This document shows, piece by piece, positions 59,688 to 64,000 of a stretch of DNA of 64,000 nucleotides. Numbering within the stretch: position 1 is the first letter of the stretch; every line of letters begins with the position of its first letter. The stretch comes from Candidatus Eiseniibacteriota bacterium. Its GTDB lineage: Bacteria; Eisenbacteria; RBG-16-71-46. The translations under genes were made by a program, and so were the position numbers. The stretch spans positions 164,383 through 228,382 of the forward strand of contig JBGPFC010000001.1 of the NCBI GenBank assembly GCA_041483195.1. The letters run 5' to 3'. Under the pieces are notes generated by a model that saw nothing but the letters and a program-made list of their open reading frames with translations, was not told the DNA's origin and did not search any database.

Positions 59688-61469
59688 CTACTTCCCGCGC
59701 TCGCACCCCGCGATCCACGCCTCGACCTGCTGGTGCAGCACCGGTAGCGTCACGGCGCCGTGCTTCAGCACCGCGTCGTGGAATCCCTTGATGTCGAAGC
59801 GCTGGCCGAGCCGCCGCTTCGCCTCGTCGCGCAGCGCGAAGATCTCGAGCTGGCCGCACTTGTACGCGAGCGCCTGCGCCGGCCAGGTCAGGTAGCGATC
59901 GACCTCGTTCTCGATGTTGTTCTCGGCCAGCACCGAGTTGTCGCGCATGTAGTCGATCGCCTGCTGGCGGGTCCACCCCATCGCGTGCAGCCCGGTGTCC
60001 ACCACCAGCCGGCACGATCGCCACGCGTCGTACGAGAGCATGCCGATGCGATCGATGTCGCTCGAGTAGAGCCCCATCTCGTCTGCGAGCCGCTCGGTGT
60101 AGAGCGCCCAGCCCTCGACGTATGCGGTCGTGCCCAGATACTTGCGGAATTCGGGGAGCCCCTTGAGCCCCATCGCGATCGCGATCTGAAGATGGTGCCC
60201 GGGAATGGACTCGTGGAACGCGAGAGCTTCGGCTTCGTAGCGCGGCCTCGTCTCGGGGGCGTAGGTGTTGATCATGTACTGGCCGGGGCGCGATCCGTCC
60301 ATGGCGGGGTTCCGGTAGTACGCGATGGTGGACTGCGGCGCCTCGTGCATCCCCATCACCTTGACCTCGCAGTCCGCCTTCGGCAGGACTCCGAACCAGT
60401 TCGGGATGGCGGCCTTCGCGCGCGCCAGCGTCCCACGCGCCTTGGCCTCGATCGCCTCGGCGGTCGCGAAGTGCATCGCCGGATCGCCGCGCAGCCGGCG
60501 CTGGATCTCGGCCACGTCGGAGGTCCCGAGACACCGCGCGCCGAGCGCCGCCAGGTCGCTGCGGAAACGCGCGACCTCCTCGAGCCCGATGCTGTGCAGC
60601 TCCTCCGGGCTCTTGTCGAGCGATGTCTCGACGCGCACCATCGCGCGGTAACAGTCGAGCCCGCCCGGGAGATTCACCATCCCCGCCTTCTCCGGCGGGC
60701 GCGAGGCCGGGAGGATCTCGGCCTGAACCAGCCTGCGGTAGCGCTCGATGGCCGGCCTCACGCTGTCGGCGAGCGCTGCGGCGAGATCGGAGCGGAAGCG
60801 ATCGCGGTCACGGGCGGGCAAGCGTGGATGGGCCGCGAGGGCCGGGTGCATGAGCGACCACTCCTCGATCGGCTGAACCAGGAGCCGGTCCAGCTCCTCG
60901 CCGACCCGGCGCACCGCGTCGTGGCTGGCCACGCGACCGCTCGCCAGCCCCGAGCGCAGGTTCGCGCTGTGGTCGTCGAAGTAGCGGCCCATCGCGCGGC
61001 AACGGGCGACGAACTTCGCGGCATCGGCCGGCGTCTCGATCGTCGTGTAGTCCGGCAGGTTGAACAGATCCACCTGCGGACCGCCCAGCGGATCCACCAC
61101 CCAGCTCTCGAAATGACATCCGATGCGGTCGATCTGATTCTGCAGCTCCTGGGTCAGCGCGCTCCGATTGAGGCGGTCCTCCGGGCTCAGGCTGGAATCG
61201 GAGAAGCCCTTGGCGCGGGTGAGCAGGGCGCCGAGCCGATCCTGTTCACGCTCGATCCCGGCGGGCGTGATGTCCGGGAGCCGACCGTCGTAACGCCGGT
61301 CGCCGATCGAGGTGGCGAAGGTCGGGTTCGCTATCAGGTAGCCCTGCCAGAAATCGGCGCAGAGTCTCGCCAGCTCCGGGTCGTGGGCGGGCACCTTCTG
61401 CGCGTCCACGGGAGTGGTCACCAGCAACAGAGGCAGGAAGCAGAGAAGAATTGGCGCGGCGTTGGGCAT
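59688..61469 (-). CDS. DUF885 family secreted zinc metallopeptidase-like protein
   Basis: Signal peptide; FHESIPGHHLQ, YVEGWALYTE, RLVVDTGLH and EVDRY..PAQALAYK. Confidence 0.9.
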   Translation of the reverse strand: MPNAAPILLCFLPLLLVTTPVDAQKVPAHDPELARLCADFWQGYLIANPTFATSIGDRRYDGRLPDITPAGIEREQDRLGALLTRAKGFSDSSLSPEDRLNRSALTQELQNQIDRIGCHFESWVVDPLGGPQVDLFNLPDYTTIETPADAAKFVARCRAMGRYFDDHSANLRSGLASGRVASHDAVRRVGEELDRLLVQPIEEWSLMHPALAAHPRLPARDRDRFRSDLAAALADSVRPAIERYRRLVQAEILPASRPPEKAGMVNLPGGLDCYRAMVRVETSLDKSPEELHSIGLEEVARFRSDLAALGARCLGTSDVAEIQRRLRGDPAMHFATAEAIEAKARGTLARAKAAIPNWFGVLPKADCEVKVMGMHEAPQSTIAYYRNPAMDGSRPGQYMINTYAPETRPRYEAEALAFHESIPGHHLQIAIAMGLKGLPEFRKYLGTTAYVEGWALYTERLADEMGLYSSDIDRIGMLSYDAWRSCRLVVDTGLHAMGWTRQQAIDYMRDNSVLAENNIENEVDRYLTWPAQALAYKCGQLEIFALRDEAKRRLGQRFDIKGFHDAVLKHGAVTLPVLHQQVEAWIAGCERGK

Positions 61470-61530
61470 GGCATGCGCTCCATTCTCGTCGGTGTCGAAC
61501 GGTCCGCGCGGGGCGCGGAGCGGGCAAGCA

Positions 61531-62280
61531 TCAGCGATCCTCGAGCGGCGCACCCACGCCCTCGCGCCGCGAGCGGCGCCCCGAGACGACGAGCGCCAGC
61601 GAGCCTCCGAGCAGGATCGCCCCGAACAGGAACCACTGGATGGCATAGCTGACGTGCATGAACTCATCGAGCGGCCGCGGCGTGCCGCGCAACGGCTTGC
61701 CGGGAACCCTGGGGCCCGGCAGCTCGACGACGAAGAACGTCGCGAGCGCGTATGGCACCCGCGCACGCAACGAGTCGGGGTTCAGCGCGCGTGCCGACCA
61801 CAGCGTCACGCTGTCGCGCTCGAGCGCCAGCATCGGCAGACGGCCGCGATCGGGCGCGAACGCGCGCGCGATTCCGGTCACGGCGCGCGGGCCGGGCTCG
61901 ATGAATTCCTGGGGCCGGGCGTGCGCGGCGTCCGGCGCGTACAGCCAGCCGCGATCGACCAGCACCGCTGTCGAATCGCCCGGCAGCAGCAGCGGCGTGA
62001 TGACTTCGACACCGGGGAGCCGGGCCTGCACCCGGCCGCCCAGCAAGACCTGCCGCGTCTCGTCGTATCGCCCGAGGACGCGCACCTTGCGGCCCGCGAT
62101 CTCCGCGCCCGATGGGAGCGCGTCCCCGAGCAGGAACGGCGCGGACGCAACGGCCCGCTCCATCGCGGCGTTCATCGTCCGCTTCTCGTGCCAGCGCTCG
62201 ATTTGCCAGAAGCCGAGGCGGACGCAGGTCGCGGTGCCGAGCACCACGATCAGGGCTCCCAGCGCTGTGCGGGCCTTCAT
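61531..62280 (-). CDS. SURF1 family (heme-copper oxidase biogenesis) protein
   Basis: LGFWQ..R, VLVDRGW and H.SYAIQWF. Confidence 0.9.
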   Translation of the reverse strand: MKARTALGALIVVLGTATCVRLGFWQIERWHEKRTMNAAMERAVASAPFLLGDALPSGAEIAGRKVRVLGRYDETRQVLLGGRVQARLPGVEVITPLLLPGDSTAVLVDRGWLYAPDAAHARPQEFIEPGPRAVTGIARAFAPDRGRLPMLALERDSVTLWSARALNPDSLRARVPYALATFFVVELPGPRVPGKPLRGTPRPLDEFMHVSYAIQWFLFGAILLGGSLALVVSGRRSRREGVGAPLEDR

Positions 62281-62289
62281 CGCGCGGGT

Positions 62290-62529
62290 CTAGGCGCCCG
62301 GAGCCGGTTTGGGCTCGGGAAGATCGACGGCCACGACGATGGAGTCGAAGCCGCAGGTCTTGTGCGTGCTGTCGCAGAACGGCTTGCGCGACGACTGTCC
62401 GCAGCGGCACAGGGAGATGCGGGTGCGCCCCGCGAGCCCGAAGGGCCGGCCCTCCTGGTCCACGATCTCGAAATCGCCTTCGATGCGGAGCGATCCGTTG
62501 TTGACGACGGTGATGCGTGTGGCTGCCAT
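62290..62529 (-). CDS. CDGSH iron-sulfur domain protein
   Basis: LCRCGQS..KPFCDSTH; ATG 62529 after GGAGG. Confidence 0.9.
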   Translation of the reverse strand: MAATRITVVNNGSLRIEGDFEIVDQEGRPFGLAGRTRISLCRCGQSSRKPFCDSTHKTCGFDSIVVAVDLPEPKPAPGA

Positions 62530-62762
62530 GGCCCCTCCGAACCGGGTCGCCTTGCGGCGCCAACCCGGGGCGGCACTGTAGCAAGACCCCGGGGGGCGCG
62601 CGACCCGCACCCTAAGGTGGCGGGCGGGGCGGCACGGCGGCCCCCCTCGGGTGGCCGATTCGGCCTTGCAACTCGACCCGCCGCTGCGGCGTAATGGGCC
62701 CATCGCCGTCGAGCGCCGGGGGCCCCCGGCCGCGACTCGATCCGGCGCAGGAGGATGGTCAC

Positions 62763-63071
62763 ATGGCAGGTCTGCTGGTGCTGGGCGCGCTCGGCTTCGC
62801 CGCCTTCCTGGTCTTGTCCCTGGTGTGGGCGGCGCTCTCGATGGTGTTCTGGGTCGTCCTCCTCCCCTTCAAGCTGCTCGGGCTGGTGTTCCGCGGCATG
62901 GCCGCGCTGCTCCTGCTTCCGCTGCTGTTGGTGTTCGCGCTCGTGGGCTGCCTGATTTTCGGGGCGGGCATGCTGGTGTTCCTGATCCCGGCGTTCCCGG
63001 TGGTCCTGCTCGTGCTCTTCGCGGTGTGGCTGGTTCGGGGCCGCGGGGTCCCGAGGCCGCACACCCCGTAG
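62763..63071 (+). CDS. Small, highly hydrophobic membrane protein
   Basis: ATG after AGGAGG; about 3-4 TM segments. Confidence 0.65.
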   Translation: MAGLLVLGALGFAAFLVLSLVWAALSMVFWVVLLPFKLLGLVFRGMAALLLLPLLLVFALVGCLIFGAGMLVFLIPAFPVVLLVLFAVWLVRGRGVPRPHTP

Positions 63072-63206
63072 TCCGGATGCCGCCGCGCTCGCCGCCCGGA
63101 GCGCGGAATCCCCCCGCTCACTTGCGCCCCGCTGGCGCATCGCGCATTCTGCTTCGCCGCTCGTCCGTCCCGCATCCACCCCACGCGCCCTCTCCGAGGA
63201 TCGTGC

Positions 63207-64000
63207 ATGTCCCCTGATTTCATCTTCACCATGAAGGATCTCGGCAAGGTGGTCCCCCCGAAGCGGGAGATCCTCAAGGGCATCTGGCTGTCGTTCTTCT
63301 TCGGCGCCAAGATCGGCGTCCTGGGAGCGAACGGCGCGGGCAAGAGCTCGCTCCTCCGGATCATGGCGGGCGAGGACCACGGGTTCCTGGGCGAGGCATT
63401 CCCCGCCAAGGGCATCAAGGTCGGCTTGCTTCCGCAGGAGCCGCGGCTCGACCCGTCGAAAACGGCGCTCGGCATCATCGAGGAAGGCGTGGCCGAGACT
63501 CGCGCCTTGCTCGACCGCTTCAACGCCCTGAGCGCGAGATTCGCCGAGCCCATGGAGCCCGACGAGATGGAGAAGCTCCTCGCCGAGCAGGCCAGGGTCC
63601 AGGACCAGATCGAGGCCACGAACGCCTGGGAGCTGGACCGCACCCTCGAGATCGCCATGGACGCGCTGCGCTGCCCTCCCGCCGAGGCCAAGGTCTCCAC
63701 GCTCTCGGGCGGCGAGCGGCGCCGCGTGGCGCTGTGCCGGCTCCTGCTCCAGCGCCCGGACCTGTTGCTCCTGGACGAGCCCACCAATCATCTCGACGCC
63801 GAGTCGGTGGCGTGGCTCGAGCGCTTCCTCAAGGAATATCCGGGCACGGTGGTGGCGGTCACCCACGATCGGTACTTCCTCGACAACGTGGCGGGCTGGA
63901 TTCTCGAGCTCGACCGTGGCGCCGGCATCCCGTGGGAGGGCAACTACTCGTCGTGGCTCGAGCAAAAGCGGCAGCGGCTCGCGACCGAGGAGAAGCAGGC
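63207..64000 (+). CDS. ettA: Energy-dependent translational throttle A (ABC-F ATPase), partial
   Basis: Hand translation [47 protein letters not shown]...LSGGERRR...[10 protein letters not shown]...THDRYFLD. Runs off the window. Confidence 0.93.
   Translation, partial: MSPDFIFTMKDLGKVVPPKREILKGIWLSFFFGAKIGVLGANGAGKSSLLRIMAGEDHGFLGEAFPAKGIKVGLLPQEPRLDPSKTALGIIEEGVAETRALLDRFNALSARFAEPMEPDEMEKLLAEQARVQDQIEATNAWELDRTLEIAMDALRCPPAEAKVSTLSGGERRRVALCRLLLQRPDLLLLDEPTNHLDAESVAWLERFLKEYPGTVVAVTHDRYFLDNVAGWILELDRGAGIPWEGNYSSWLEQKRQRLATEEKQ

Noticed and set aside
62652..62670. Sigma-54 promoter (TGGC...TTGCA)
   Set aside because: The GG-to-GC spacing is 13 nt rather than the required 10.

Overview
This is a very GC-rich, densely coding bacterial chromosomal window with about 56 CDSs. 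I found no rRNA, tRNA, CRISPR array or mobile element. Several secreted proteins end in FlgD-Ig/T9SS-like C-terminal domains or a 'TWGxLK' tail, which suggests an FCB-group lineage such as Ca. Eisenbacteria (inference). Main blocks, left to right: (1) a coupled EVE-ligA-polX DNA-repair operon whose PolX has a repetitive histone-like tail; (2) a hybrid histidine kinase with a separate Hpt protein, and P5C dehydrogenase; (3) a cluster of secreted/redox genes: a YCF48/BNR propeller protein, an HzsA-like c-type heme propeller protein, a PQQ-type sugar dehydrogenase, a type-1 copper cupredoxin and a Cyc2-like cytochrome-porin; (4) a zincin peptidase plus Ddl-like ATP-grasp pair; (5) a swivel-first fused LeuD-LeuC aconitase-family enzyme; (6) a Tat-signal small protein plus amidase; (7) an anaerobic benzoyl-CoA pathway operon (tetR-had-oah-SDR-thiolase-DUF35-dch-bcrC-bcrB-two activases-small CxxC ORF) with a tandem operator; (8) a hemerythrin, an ECF sigma fused to a zinc anti-sigma domain, and an RND/P-II-like/DUF2892 efflux unit; (9) acnA, whose predicted 5' leader holds twin IRE-like hairpins, then pfp, DUF885, SURF1, CDGSH and a partial ettA. 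The best leads are the Cyc2-like/cupredoxin/PQQ/heme cluster (possible extracellular electron uptake), the atypical class I benzoyl-CoA reductase operon, and the acnA leader hairpins. All calls come from motif recognition by eye; no searches were run.
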